DNA of 64,000 nt from contig JBHGNT010000002.1 of assembly GCA_043228905.1 (NCBI GenBank), positions 6,262,001 to 6,326,000 on the forward strand, given 5' to 3'. This DNA is from Azolla caroliniana (lineage: Eukaryota > Plantae > Polypodiophyta). This document shows, one piece after another, positions 38,708 through 52,215 of this stretch; the first letter of the stretch is position 1, and every line of letters begins with the position of its first letter. A program made the position numbers and the translations under genes. The notes beneath the pieces were generated by a model. The model made no database searches. It worked only from the letters and a program-made list of their open reading frames with translations, and was not told the DNA's origin.

Positions 38708-39893
38708 TGTTGAGAGACAAACTCAACATCGGCCGGATCGGTTGAGCAAGCCGAGGACTGGATTGGTTGGGACCAATCGGTTAGGCCGGACCGGTACGCA
38801 AACCGGTGCGTAGGAAGGCCGTATCGGTGCGTAAACCGAAAGGCCGTTAGAGAGATATTCCTCGTAAGGAAAAGTTTTGGGAGTAAGAGTCGAAGCTCAT
38901 TTATGAGCAGTCAAGTACTGTCAGTACTTGTGCCAGCCCGATTGTTAGGGCTTGTATAAAACTGCTCACTGAGCACATCCTATGTACAGATAGAGTATTA
39001 TTTTTTGAATTAAGTTAGGTATTTACTCTCTGTCTCTCTCTGTCTCTCCTGTGCGTACTGTGCAAACCTAAGCTTTCCATTAAACGTGCGTTTTCTGTTG
39101 TTCAGTTTTCTATATTGCTTCCGCACGCAATTCTTTTCATGGTATCAGAGCGCGAGGGTTGAGAACCTCTGCAGCCGAGTTTGCTTGAAAGAAAAACCAA
39201 CGAAGAAGAACAAGAAAACTGATGGACAGAGGAATGGCTAGCTCGCTTCCAACGGAGAAGCTCGATAGAAACAACTACGCATCTTGGTCTTACAAGATGC
39301 ACCAGTACCTGCTCAGACACGGTTACTGGACCTATGTCGATGATGCAAATGACACAACACCCGATTCGACACACAAAGACTTCCCCCCGTGGGAACAATC
39401 AATGAGCAAAGTGTTGTAGTGCTTTGTGTCTTGTGTGGGTGAATAGCTATTAAGCTACGTTCGGGATGCAAAAATGCCGAAGGGTGTGTGGGAAAATCTG
39501 AAGAAGATTTTCACCACGAGCACCACAGCTAGGAAGCTTCAGCTCCGACAAGAGTTGAGCAACCTACGACAACGCGATTTGTCGGTGGCTGAATATACCT
39601 CGAGGATTAAGGACATATGCAACCCCTTAGCTTCCATCGATGTGAACATCGAGGAAAGCGAGATGGTCCAGGTCTGTCTCGGGGGTTTGGTGTCGAAGTT
39701 CGGGGCGTTCCGAACTGATGTGTCAATTCAACGGTTATCTACAACATATGGGAATTCAGCACGAATTCAATTGTAGATACATGCCGGAGCAAAACGGCAT
39801 GGCCGAGAGGAAAATTTGGTCGGTTGTGGAAGCGGCACGGGCAATGTTGGAAGAGAAGAGCTTGCCCAAGTTCTACTGGGCTGAGGCAGTAAG
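38708..39893 (+). mobile_element. Ty1/copia element G, 5' fragment (LTR 38708-39139, PBS, gag, integrase piece)
   Basis: TG...CA LTR, PBS TGGTATCAGAGC at 39140, gag MASSLPTEKLDRNNYASW (related to F), integrase PEQNGMAER. It ends at the duplication junction. Confidence 0.85.
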
Positions 39894-41156
39894 TCAATGT
39901 GGTCAGTCGATTCAACAACAAGCCGAAGGAGACTCATTGGAAATTTGCACTACGTGTATTAAAGTACATTGTGGGTACTGTAAATTACAGACTCTTCTAC
40001 AAGCCAACAATTGATGAACTTAGTGGGTATTGCAACTCTGGTTGGGCTGGAGATAGTGATTCCAAAAAATCAATTTATGGATATTGTTTTTCAATAGGCT
40101 CTGGAGTTATTTCATGTAGTAAAAAACAACCAACATTGGCAGTGTCTTCAATAGAGGTGGAATACAAAACGGAATGCATGGCGGAATGCGAGGTAGTTTG
40201 GCTAAGAAGAATCCTTATGGATGTGGCGGTTCCAATAAGGACAACAACGGTATTGAGGTGTGACAGTCAAAGTTGCATGGCCATTGCCAAGAACCTCGTA
40301 TTTCATGCACGTACTAAACACATAGAGATTCAGTATCAATATGTGCGGGAGCTAATAAATGATGAGATTGTGGTACTCAAGTATTGTCCGACATCAGAAA
40401 AGGTTGCAAATATCTTCACAAAGGCGCTTGGAGTAGAACAACTACAACAACACCTTTGGCGACTAGGACTTGGCTGAATTCCAAGTGAACTCAATGGGTT
40501 GACCATTGAGGGGGCGTGTTAGATATAATCAATGATCAGCCCCAAGTTGTAAATCTATCCCCATGTGTGCTCTTAGGGTGCACATTTTATGATAGTGCCC
40601 CAAATGAGGAGCATCTAGTGTGCAACTCAACCATATGGGTCGATAAGGTTTCAATCTAGGAAACCGTAGATGCGTAGCATACAATATATTTAGGAAAGAG
40701 CGAAGTAGGCTAATAGAATTGGCTAATCAAGTCGACTAGAATATTTTGTGGGCAAGTTACAATGTACTTAGTCTTGAAGTACGTGCTATTAACTTCAAGA
40801 TAAGTACTATCTAGCACTAGCCTGTATCTAGGGAGTTGGGTTGAATATTAAATCACAAGTCAGTTGATTGAAAAGGAATATCTCCACTACTATCAATTGA
40901 CTTGCACATTTAATGTTATACTCAGACCAAAGATAGAATATAATCCACTTTGGTACACAGTGGTTGGATTGATCATCAGTCCCCACTAATTTTGTAGTGA
41001 GTTTGTCCAGATCCCATCTACACTCTAAGGTGTGAGTGATGGGTGAACTACCATTGTGAGCTACTCTCATATGTAATAGAAGTTTTGTTTTCATATATCC
41101 ATCACAATGGTTATAACTCTATATACCTATCTGATCAATTCTCAATATTTCTAACA
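39894..41156 (+). mobile_element. Duplicated 3' end of copia A (RT end, RNase H, PPT, LTR 40517-41156); start of duplication unit 2
   Basis: Matches 22756-24011, including the downstream TTTTG flank. Confidence 0.9.
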
Positions 41157-41215
41157 TTTTGCTCACACCAAATGCCCATAGGAGATAAAAAAGGATACTA
41201 CCAGCCACTACCGGT

Positions 41216-41455
41216 TGTCATGTGTGCAAATGAGGAGTAGAGATCAAGAAGATTGAAATAATAGAAGACAAAAAAACTAAGGTACAGAGACAAAAGATTT
41301 TAACTTGGAAAACCCAGAAAGGGTAAAAACCACGGGAGTCCACAAACTCCAAGAAAACACTATATGAGAAAGGTATACAACAAGAAGCTACAAGGACCTT
41401 GAGTTCTTCTTTGTCAAACTGACAGATATGGAGAATTTACACACACACACACACA

Positions 41456-41504
<49 letters not shown>

Positions 41505-42647
41505 GTTAAAGAGGCCACAACCAACTATAACTTTTCACAATAACACTTACACACAAAATGATTTGCCCTAGTTGTATTTATACTAATACAACTTTAGGGC
41601 TATTTACAAATCTGGCCTAGACATAATAATTGAATAATGGCAAGACTTCATCCATATGTGTTTTTGCCATGAGTGTCAGCCCTCATTATTATAAATTTGG
41701 ATACAATTTATGTAGTTTAGACAAATGTATAGTCTTTACAGTAATTACAAATATGTCCCTTTTCGGATCCTTGTCCGGATCCGGTGTCGCTTCTTCATTG
41801 GATCCAACTAATCCGGCTCCTCCTTTCCATCCGGAGGGACCTGTTTCCCAACAAATTCCCCCTTCACTCCGGCATGGGATGCTTCGCCAATCCGACCTGT
41901 CTTTGGCAGATGTCCAACTTCTTTGCCCACAACACCTTTGTCAGCAAGTCCGATCTGTTTTTTGCTGTGTGAATCTTCACTAGAGAAAACTCATTTTCTT
42001 CTAGCCTTTCCTGAAGCCAATGGTATCTCCTCTGTATGTGCTTGGTCCTCGAGTGGTAGGCAACATTCTTCACAAGGTGGATGGCACTTTAGTTGTCACA
42101 GTAGAGTCGGAATTCTGCTTGCCGAATTCCCAGCTTTCCAATTATTTCCTTACCGGCTTCCATTGTAGCCATATACTCTGCTTTCGTGGTTGACAACAAC
42201 ATGGCCTTTTGTAGCCTCAACGACCATGAGACGACTCCCCGTTCATAAGTCATAACATATCCGAACGTGGACCAGCTAGTATCCACATCAGGCGACATGT
42301 TTGAATCAATAAAGACTTCTAATAAGGAGTTACTTGAGCCGAATCGGAGGCACACGCTTGAGGTGCCTCTTAGGTACCAGAGTATCCACTTGACTACAAC
42401 CTAATGCCGTCTGCCCGGATTGCTCATGAATCGGGTGACGAGACCGATCGCGTATCCAATGTCCGGCCTAGTGCATACTATCGCGTACATCAAGCTTCCG
42501 ACAATTGAGGCATAGGGGAGCTTGATCATCTCAACCTTCTCCGTCTTCATCTACGAACATTGTCTCCTGGATAGCTTATTGTTGGTTGGCAATGTTGAGT
42601 CGACCGACTTCGCACATTCCATGCTAAACCTCTAGAGCACCTTATCT
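41216..42647 (-). mobile_element. Duplicated copia C fragment, including the SDR-intron insert at 41620-41747
   Basis: Matches 24071-25485. Confidence 0.88.
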
Positions 42648-43161
42648 TTTCATCTTCTTGAATCCTGTTACAATGCACATCTCTTTCTTGCTATCTACCT
42701 GTGTTGTTTCGGAGATTCACCGACATGCCCTCAATCTTATTTTGCAATATTAACTTCCATATTCAACATGAATCCTAATCACACAAAACATTCTTTAGCT
42801 TCCTTAGAGTCTATTTCCCTCAGATATTCCACTACAATTTTTCCCAAACAAAACAATATCAACAAATGACATCCTCTAACAACAATTTTCAAATAGAGGA
42901 TATCCTTTTGTTTCGTAGAGCCCTCCTCTCGACTTGATTCATAAGGTCCTCTCTTGCTAAAACCAAGTACAACATTTGTCCCATACCCATAGGCATAACT
43001 ACTATGTCTACCATCCATTTAAAATGCACTGCCATCATATAAGTTGTATGGAGTTCAGCCCTTGTCGCACATTTAAACGTAGCTAAAATGTTTCACAAGT
43101 CTCCACAAATCACAAAGCATTTTCATACATTCTTAGCCATCCGTATTTTGCTTTAATTTTT
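42648..43161 (-). mobile_element. Ty3/gypsy integrase remnant
   Basis: KIKAKYGWLRMY...FKWMVDIVVMP...YLVLAREDLMNQVE; the expected continuation of the remnant that ends at 25486. Confidence 0.7.
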
Positions 43162-46100
43162 GCTACGGAGAGCCGGCTGGTGCAGACCCGGTGAGAACCG
43201 GATGACGAGCACCCAGCTATGGAGAGCCGGATGGTGCAGACCCGATGAGAACCAGATGAGGAGTACCTGGAAATGGAAGACCCGGTGAGAACCGGATGAC
43301 GAGTACCCGGCAAGCACCGGATGATGCAAGCCCGGTGAGGAGTGCTCACCGGATGAAGAGACATATTCGTGAATATGTTTCTGAGAGTCCATCGTGGCTA
43401 TATTTGTAAATAGCCGAAAAAGTCATATTAGTATAAATATGACTTAGGGCAAACTTTTTTGGTGTGTTTTTAATTGTTGTTTGCGCAAGATCAGAGCGCG
43501 TAACTGTGTACAGAGTGTGAGAGAGGAAGAGGTTGTTGCCTCTGTTGTTACCGCCGCCTGTGGCGAAGATTAAAAAAAAAGCTCGAGGTTGTTGCCTCGG
43601 TGCTTTACTGTTGTACACTGTAACATAGTGATAGTTTGGAGCCTGTGGGCTGCCGTGGTTTTTCCCTAGTTTGGGTTTTCCACGTAAACATCCTGTGTAC
43701 TCTTCTCTTCACTGTGTCGTGCATTCATTCTCGTTTTCTTTTTCTGTGTATGATTCTAAGCTCGATTGTGGCCGAGCGTTGCGCATACTGAGCGTGCAGT
43801 TCTTCACAAAGTGGTATCAGAGCGAAACAACACAAAAAATGGACGACTCGTTGGGAGGCATGTTCAAGCTCACCGGCTCCAACTATTCGGTTTGGAAGTC
43901 GAAGATGAGGGACATGCTCGTGGTTAAAGATCTTTGGTTGCCGGTTCAGTTCAAGGACAAGAGTCCAGACAAAATCGACGCCACGATATGGGAGGTGATG
44001 CACATGAAGACAACGGCGTACATACGGTGCTTCATCTACATGAGCCTATACAACAACTTCAATGAAGAGAGTAAGGCTCATGAGCTCTGGGAGAAGATCG
44101 GCATTATGTTTCAAAACAAAAATGTTGTTAACCAGGTTTCGGTATTCCGGAAGCTAGTAAGACTCCGGTACCAAGATGGCTCCAGCATGGCGGAGCACAT
44201 GAATGCCTTTCAGGGGCTGATACACCAGGCAACGTCATTGGAAGTACCTCTCGCCGACGAGGTACTAGCGCTACTCCTGCTCGGTTCCCTCCCGGATAGC
44301 TGGGAGACGTTGGTTGTCACTTTGGGCAACGCCGGGCCGGAAGGAAAACGGTTATCCCTAGCAATAGTGAAGTCGAGCTTGCTAGATGAGGAGGCGCGTC
44401 AGAAAGATAAGGATACGAGCTCCGACTCCAAAGCGCTCCTTACCGAATCGGAAGGCGGAAGACATAGAAACCGTAGTCCCCAGAACCGGCAAAAGTCGGG
44501 GACACGATCAAAGTCAAGGGGGAGGCCTACTTGCTTCTATTGCGGCAAGCCGAGACACTTCCAGAAGAATTGTTGGCATTTCCGGAAAGACAAGGAAACC
44601 GACGGTACCGATTCGAAGCGGACACCGGACCGGAACGGTAAAGACCGGAGGGGAACGGACCGGAAGGGAATGACGGCAATCGCGGCAAGTGAAGAAGAGT
44701 TGATGCTCATCACCAAGGAGAGTGAGATAAACCTTGCCGGCGACGAGATGACCTGGGTGGTCGACTCCGGAGCGTCGTTCCACCTTAGCCCGGACCATCC
44801 TGCTCAGTCGGTGACCACGGCTGTGTCCGAATGGGGAATGAAGGTACATGCCGAATTGTTGGCATAGGAGACGTGTGGCTAACAACGCCAACCGGATGCA
44901 AGCTGCTGCTGAAGGATGTTTGACACGTTTCGGAGGTTCGTCTGAACCTGATATCAGCTAGTCGGCTAGATGATGAAGGCTACATGGGTAGCATCCGGAA
45001 CGGTGTTATGAAGTTCAGGAAAGGGAGCCTAATTGTGGCTCGGGCCCGGAAGGTAAACACGATGTACCTGATGAATGCCCGGTTATGTCCGGAGGAAGTG
45101 AACGTGGCATTCGACACTGTCGGTGAGCTGTGGCACAAAAGGCCGTGTCACATGAGCGAGAAGGGGATGAATAGGCTTGCAGATGACAACCTCATTCTAG
45201 TGAAGAACGTGCACTTGGAGAAGTGCACTGATTGTCTGGCCGGTAAGCAAAACCGGACCTCCTTCTGACCAAGGCCATCGATGAGACGTAATGCACCACT
45301 GGAGTTGGTGCATACTAATGTGTGCCAAGTTGACACGAAGTCACATGCAAGATCGCAGTACTTCGTGACGTTCATAGATGACCACAACCAGAAGCTGTGG
45401 GCCACACCGTTGAAGACGAATGATCAGGTGTTATCCGTCTTCAAAGAGCTCCACGCGAGAGTGGAAAGAGAAACCGGCCGGAAGCTGAAGGCGGTTCAAG
45501 TAGATAACGGAGGTGAATACCGGGGGCAGTTCGAGGAGTACTGTCGCTCGAAGGGAATCCGGCTCAAAGACGTCGGAACTAAACAGGCTGGCCGAGAGGA
45601 TGAACCGGACCATAATGGAGAGGGTTCAGAGTATGCTGACACATGCAAAACTATCCAAGAAGTTTTGGGCTGAGGCACTGTCGACGACGACATATGCGAT
45701 AAACAGATCACCCTCAGTACCCTTGGACGGAGACACGCCACCGAGAGTTTGGACCGGTAAGGAAGTGTCCTACCAGCATCTGAAGGTATTCGGGTGTCTT
45801 GCGTACGTGCATATTGCTAAGGACCGAAGAGGAAAGTTGGATCCAAAGACCCGGCCATGCATATTCCTCGGTTACGACGACGATGAGTTCGGCTACCGAG
45901 TGTGGAACCTGGTCGACAAGAAGGTATTCCAGAGTCGAGATATTATCTTTATGGAGGACAAGACGCTCGCCGACTGGGAGTTGGAGAAGAAGATAATGAG
46001 CTCCGAGTCGATCGGTAAGGATCGATTCTACGATGAGCAGACCCAACAGGCAAGAGATCGGTTAGCACTCGAGGAACCAGCCGGTTACGGTGAGGATACC

Positions 46101-48453
46101 GAACCGGCAGAAGAAGAAGTAGAGGAAGCTGAAACCGGAACCGGCCAAGATCCTGAATCGGATTCGGATGAAGAGCAAATGGAGGGGCCGGTTACCGAAT
46201 CCCAAAGATGGAGATATCCTCTCAGAGAGAGAAGGCCCCCCCGGAGATTTCCGGATGCAAAGCATGTGCTGCTGACCGATGAAGGGGAGCCAGAAAGCTT
46301 CGAGGAAGCTAAAAGTGACGCCCATAGCCGCAAATGGTTAAGTGCCATGCAGGATGAGATGGATTCCCTGCATGAGAACCATACGTATGAACTGGTGGAG
46401 TTGCCAAAAGGAAAGAGGGCACTCCGAAACAAGTGGGTGTACAAGTTGAAACCGGGAGATGCCGGCAACCCCCCGAGACACAAAGCCAAGATCGTGGTGA
46501 AGGGGTTCCAGCAAAAGAAGGGCGTGGACTTCGACGAGATATTTGCCCCGGTAGTAAAGATGACCTCCATCCGGACGGTGCTGAGTATAATGGCATGCAT
46601 GGACCTCGAGGTAGAGCAGCTGGACGTGAAGACAACATTCCTTCACGGTGACCTCGAAGAGGAGATCTACATGCAACAACCAGAAGGATTCGTGGAGAAA
46701 GGGAAGGAGCACCTAGTATGCCGGTTGAAGAAGAGCCTGTACGGACTGAAGCAGGCTCCCCGGCAATGGTACCGGAAGTTCGAATCCTTCACGACCGATC
46801 AAGGGTACCACAAGACACAGGCTGACCAATGTGTGTTCGTGAAGAAGTTCAAAGGAGGCGACTTCCAGATACTCCTTCTGTACGTGGACGACATGTTGAT
46901 CGTCGGACGAAACCCAGCTAGGATACGGATGTTGAAGAAGGCTCTCAATAGAACCTTCGCGGTCAAAGACTTGGGTCCGGCAAGACAGATGTTGGGGATG
47001 CATATCATCCGGAACCGGCCAACGAAGCAACTGTGGCTGTCACAAGAGAAATATGTGACAACGATGCTTCAGCGGTTCAACATGTCAGATGCGAAACCGG
47101 TCGGATCGACACTTCCGGCAAACTGCAACTTATCCGGTAAGCAAAGCCCAAAGACGAAAGGAGAGAACGCGGATATGATGAAGGTTCCATATGCCTCTGC
47201 CGTCAGGAGCTTAATGTACGCAATGGTGTGTACCCGACCGGATATAGGATACGCAGTCGGAGTGGTGAGCCGGTTTATGAGCAATCTCGGCAAGGAGCAC
47301 TGGAACGCGGTCAAATGGATACTCTGGTACTTGAAGGGCACTTCAAATATGTGTCTCTAATTCGGCTCCGGAAAACCTCAACTTGATGGTTTTACCAATT
47401 CGGACATGTCAGCTGATGTGGATACCAACCGGTCTACATCCGGGTATGTAATAATATATGCAGGGGGAGTTGTTTCGTGGCAGTCGAGGCTGCAGAAGAG
47501 GGTTGCGTTGTCAACCACGGAGGCGGAGTACATGGCGGTTGTGGAAGCCGGCAAGGAAATATTATGGATGAAGGACTTCATGGGAGAGCTCGGTATCCGA
47601 CAAGATGAATACCGGCTCTATTGCGACAGTCAAAGTGCCATCCACCTTGCTAAGAACACAGCGTACCATTCCAGCGTAGGTATCACTGGATTCAGGAAAG
47701 AGTGGAGAACCAGGAGTTCGCGTTGACGAAGATCCACATGGCCGAGAACGGGTCAGATATGTTGACCAAAGTACTCATACCCGACAAGCTGGATGCATGC
47801 CGGAAGCGAGTCGGACTAGTGAGACATCCCATGCCGGAGTGAAGGGGGAGTTTGTTAGGAAACAGGTCCCTCCGGATGGGAAGTGAGAAGAACAGTACTA
47901 AAGAAATTGGATGACAAGTACCCGGCTACGGAGAGCTGGATGGTGCAGACCCGATGGGAACCGGATGACGAGTACCCGACAAGCGCCGGATGACCGGATG
48001 AAGAGACATATTCGTAAATATGTTTCTGAGAGTCCATCGTGGCTATATTTGTAAATAGCCGAAAATTTCATATTAGTATAAATATGACTTAGGGCAAACT
48101 TTTTTGGTGTGTTGTTAATTGTTGTTTGCGCAAGATCAGAGCGCGTAACTATGTACAGAGTGTGAGAGAGGAAGAGGTCGTTGCCTCTGTTGTAACCGCC
48201 GCCTGTGGCGAAGATAAAAAAAAATGCTCGAGATTGTTGCCTCGGTGCTTTACTGTTGTACACTGTAACATAGTGATAGTTTGCAGCCTGTGGGCTGCCG
48301 TGGTTTTTCCCTAGTTTGGGTTTTCCACGTAAACATCCTCTGTACTCTTCTCTTCACTGTGTCGTGCATTCATTCCCGTTTTTTTTTTCTGTGTATGATT
48401 CTAAGCTCGGTTGTGGCCGAGCGTTGCGCATACCGAGCGTGCAGTTCTTGACA
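43162..48453 (+). mobile_element. Ty1/copia element D (same family as B), frameshifted; 5' LTR truncated (~43162-43808), 3' LTR 47853-48453
   Basis: PBS at 43812-43823; gag MDDSLGGMFKLTGSNYSVWK; IN-RT ORF 45513-47360; PPT GAAGGGGGAGTT. The left end and left TSD were lost by deletion. Absent from unit 1. Confidence 0.92.
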
Positions 48454-50271
48454 ATTGGTTGGTCTCCCATCCAATTCTTGTCAAACTTGTATCTACTATC
48501 ACAAAGACTTTTACCCCAGATGCATAATTAGACTTTGTCAGAGCTAGTTCTTCTAAGTTGTAAGCCTTTGAGACTTCTCATTACTTCGACATTTGAACTT
48601 TCTTCCTTTCTTAGGTAGCCTATACAAGGGTTGCCAGATACACATAACATGCAATCTATTTCCCATTTGAACTTTCTTCCTTTCTTAGGCAGCCTATACA
48701 AGGGTTTTGCCAGATACACATAACATGCAATCTATTTCCCATTTGAACTTTCTTCCTTTCTTAGGTAGCCTATACAAGGGTTTTGCCATATACGCATAAT
48801 ATGCAATCCAAAATGTGGTAAAATGCATGTATGCCCCCAAGAATCTTCGTAATTCGTTTTGTGATTGACATTCTTCTTTCATTTTGTGGATGGCGTTCAC
48901 CTTTTCTAGAGGGAGCTTTTGATTAAATGATCTGCAAAGGTATCCCACAACTAGTACCTCTTGTTTCCCGAATGCCAATTTGTCATAAGAGAACATGATG
49001 TATGCACCTTCATTCCTTTGTAACAACCTTCCACAATTACCAATGTTGTTAAAAACAAATTACGAGAACCCATTTGGCCCTAACATTTCATCCTTCTTTG
49101 AATTCAAACATCTTTTGATGCGAATTTCATCCAAACGTTTATTACATTCGAGGATACAACTAAATAGTCTACACTATTGTTGTCCCTTTCTCTAATAGTC
49201 CATAGTAGAAATCGTCTCTATTGTCACTCTTAAGACTATCCCAATTTTTTTCATAGTTTAGTTGAACAATTAAGAACTTTACCAAACCTTCCTTGTCTTG
49301 ACCTTGAACCTGTGCATGCACAAATTCATTATCAAGGAATTTCATCTCCATTGGAACTAGTGTACTATACAGTTCTCTAGGGATAACAAAATACATTGCC
49401 AAATTTTGGATGAAGAAGTATTGGATGGTTTTGACATCACCAATTTTCACATGTACTTTAGCCCCATGTAGTTACTCAATGGCTTTTGTGGTTTCTCAAA
49501 TCTTCCATCCATGTCTTGAAGTCATTGTCTAGTGTCCCTATCAATTTTGTCCAAATATATAAGATTAATATTCGCCCCATGATCAATTAATGCCACAATT
49601 GGCTCCTTAACATTCCAAATCCAAACATGGGTTTCAGTCGTTGATCTAGCCTAGGGTGGCCTCGTGTAATGACTATTAGCATATTCTTCATTATCTTTGA
49701 GTGCTTAAATTATGGTAGCACTCATGGACATGTTCAAGGGTTTGGATCCTTTTACTATGGTACATTAGGTTTATATTTATTCATAAGCGCAAAGTTAACA
49801 TCATGAAACTCTTTTTTAATAACCCCGAGGATTTCCTGTAATGTAAAGTCCACTTAATTTCTTAATAGTCTCTCAAATCCCAAGCTCAAATATGTTGGAA
49901 TACCTGTCTCTTTTTACTTTTTTATTCATCATGGGATCCACATTCATCTTCTAGCTTCACTAAGTGTCATGCTTCTTGGAAGGGCCAGGTTTCTTGTCTA
50001 TTCATGCCCTTTTCTCTTCGACTAAGACCGCATAATTTGGACAAATTTCCTCCACAAGGCCTTTTTCCTCCTCCATGGGATCATCCCAACCTATCATTTT
50101 CTGTACCCATCTCTTGGATTCATCTGCCTCATCCTTTCACAATTTCCCCTTCCCTACATGCTCCATGACGATTGGCCCAAAATTCTCTTTCATGAGAAAC
50201 CCTGGCTCTTGTCTAATGACCTACTAAGATCCCATTTGATGAGGAGTCTGGATTGTCTTCTTCCATTAGTA
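48454..50271 (-). mobile_element. Duplicated gypsy pol remnant
   Basis: Near-identical to ~26111-27930. Confidence 0.75.
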
Positions 50272-50580
50272 TGGACCAAAGTAAACTTTTAGTATCATTT
50301 TTCATTAAATGCATACAGTTCAACCTTACGTAAACTGCATTGCAATTCATAGTAGCATTACTTAAATACCAACATGTGCTCTTAAATCATACAACATGGA
50401 CTCTTTTGAATCATTTGAGAAAAAACTACAGGTTTTATGTAAACTTGCTTTTATGTATCGGTGACCGCATTCATCTACCATAACATTTGAAGGCATCATT
50501 CATGTTATTCAAAATCACTTTAATTTGCATAGACATACATAATTCCAATTAAAGAATAAATGTATTTATTCTTTGAAAGA

Positions 50581-51709
50581 TCATGTTGCCTGTTGGTATG
50601 TTCGATCGGTAATAGTGTTGCCACCATCGATAATAAGGTTGTGGCCACTCACAAAAGTAGACTCATCCGACGCCAAATATAAGACAGCTTGTGCAACATC
50701 TGAGGTAGAAAATGTATGACCAACAAGAACATTGGTGGAGTCAACAAACGCTTGAACCTCATGCTCTGATACTGAATGCTTACCAGTAAGATCTCGGAGC
50801 AATTTCATGGAAGCTGGTGTTATGACTGCAGATGGGGAAACACAGTTCACACGAATCCCATACTTCCCTAGATCACTAGCTGCTCCTTTCATAAGCCCAA
50901 GAAGGGCATGTTTTGAAATGGTGTATTCTATAGGTGCTACAGAAGCGGTAACACTTGCCATACTTGAAGTACAAATAATAACACCCCTTGTTTGGGTCTC
51001 AACCATAACCTTACTCGCATGTTTTACGGCAAGGACCATACCACGTAGATTGACATTCATCACATTGTCGAAGTTCGTTATATCCAAGTTTTGCATCCCA
51101 CCCGTCACATTTCCGACGATCCCGGCATTACTATACATTATGTCAAGCTTCCCCCACTTGTTCAATGCTTGTTTTACAAGTCCCTCCATGTCCGACTCCA
51201 GTGTCACATCACAATGCTTGTAGATAGCGACGTGGTGGCCGAGCTCATCTGCAAGATGGGTGCCCAAATCATCCTGGATATCTCCTATTACGACCAAGGC
51301 ACCATTTTCAACAAACAAGCGCGCGGTTGCCTCACCGATGCCACTTGCCCCACCTGTGATGACACACACTTTGCCCTCGAGCCTATCTCATGCAATTAAT
51401 AAACACCGCAAAGAATGATCGAGCTTAATAATTCTTGTAAACACTATACATTTGTCCAAACTACAGAAATTGTATCCAAATTTATAACAATGAGGGATGA
51501 GACTCATGGCAAAAACAAAGCAATCTCAGTTCAAGTACTATTAAACAAAGCAACCAACAACTCTCATTAGATTAATATTGTATTGAAACCTCAAAACCAC
51601 CAAACCAAATTAAGATATAAAGCCATATTGAGATGGTTGAAAATATTGAATGGGTAGTAATGAGTAAAATGAACCAAAATGAAACTAATTACCTTCGAGC
51701 ACTTGCCAT
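50581..51709 (-). CDS. SDR3: SDR110C-like dehydrogenase; exons 51709-51693 and 51382-50581; 272 aa
   Basis: Intact ORF and splice sites; four amino-acid differences from SDR2. Confidence 0.9.
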
Positions 51710-51976
51710 TTTCTTGTGAATGATTTCATAACCTTCCCATTCGTTCTGATATAGAATGAAAGAACTATAGTTTTATAAGATTCCCATTCATTGTTTTGAA
51801 TAAAATATTATAATAGATTTAGACAAAATTATAAAGTAATTGATTGACAAATATGCAAATGTAGACACTAGTATTGCCACGTTTTGAGTTCGACCATGTT
51901 TGATTGACTAATTATCATAGACCTAGACTGATTATAATATAATATTACCATAGACAAATTGTAAACTAATTGATTG

Positions 51977-52215
51977 TCAATTGTGCAACTTGATCAATGC
52001 TTGAGTTACGAGGCCTTGTAAGATTGATGCCATTATGTCATCATAATCCTTATAAATAGCAACATGTTCATTAACCTCATCACCAAGATGGGTATTCATA
52101 TTTTCTTGGGCATCTCCTATTATGACCAAGTCATTGTTTTCACCAAATCAGCACGTGGTACCATCAACCATGCCACTTGCTCTACCATTGATGATGACTA
52201 CTTTCCCCTTGAGAA
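51977..52215 (-). pseudogene. Degenerate SDR exon-2 fragment in the SDR3 promoter
   Basis: Copy of 29636-29874 (offset 22341). Confidence 0.85.

Larger units (their letters stand above)
22756..39893. repeat. Tandem segmental duplication, unit 1 (~17 kb)
   Basis: The same ordered blocks (copia A 3' end, copia C, gypsy remnant, SDR, MITE, 63-mer array, LINE, LTR G) recur from ~39894 to the window end. Confidence 0.9.

Noticed and set aside
48446-48460. TCTTGACA shared by the copia D LTR end and the unit 1 sequence at 26101, as a recombination junction
   Set aside because: The LTR ends normally in CA at the position expected from the 5' LTR, and an ordinary insertion plus a left-side deletion explains it; probably coincidence.
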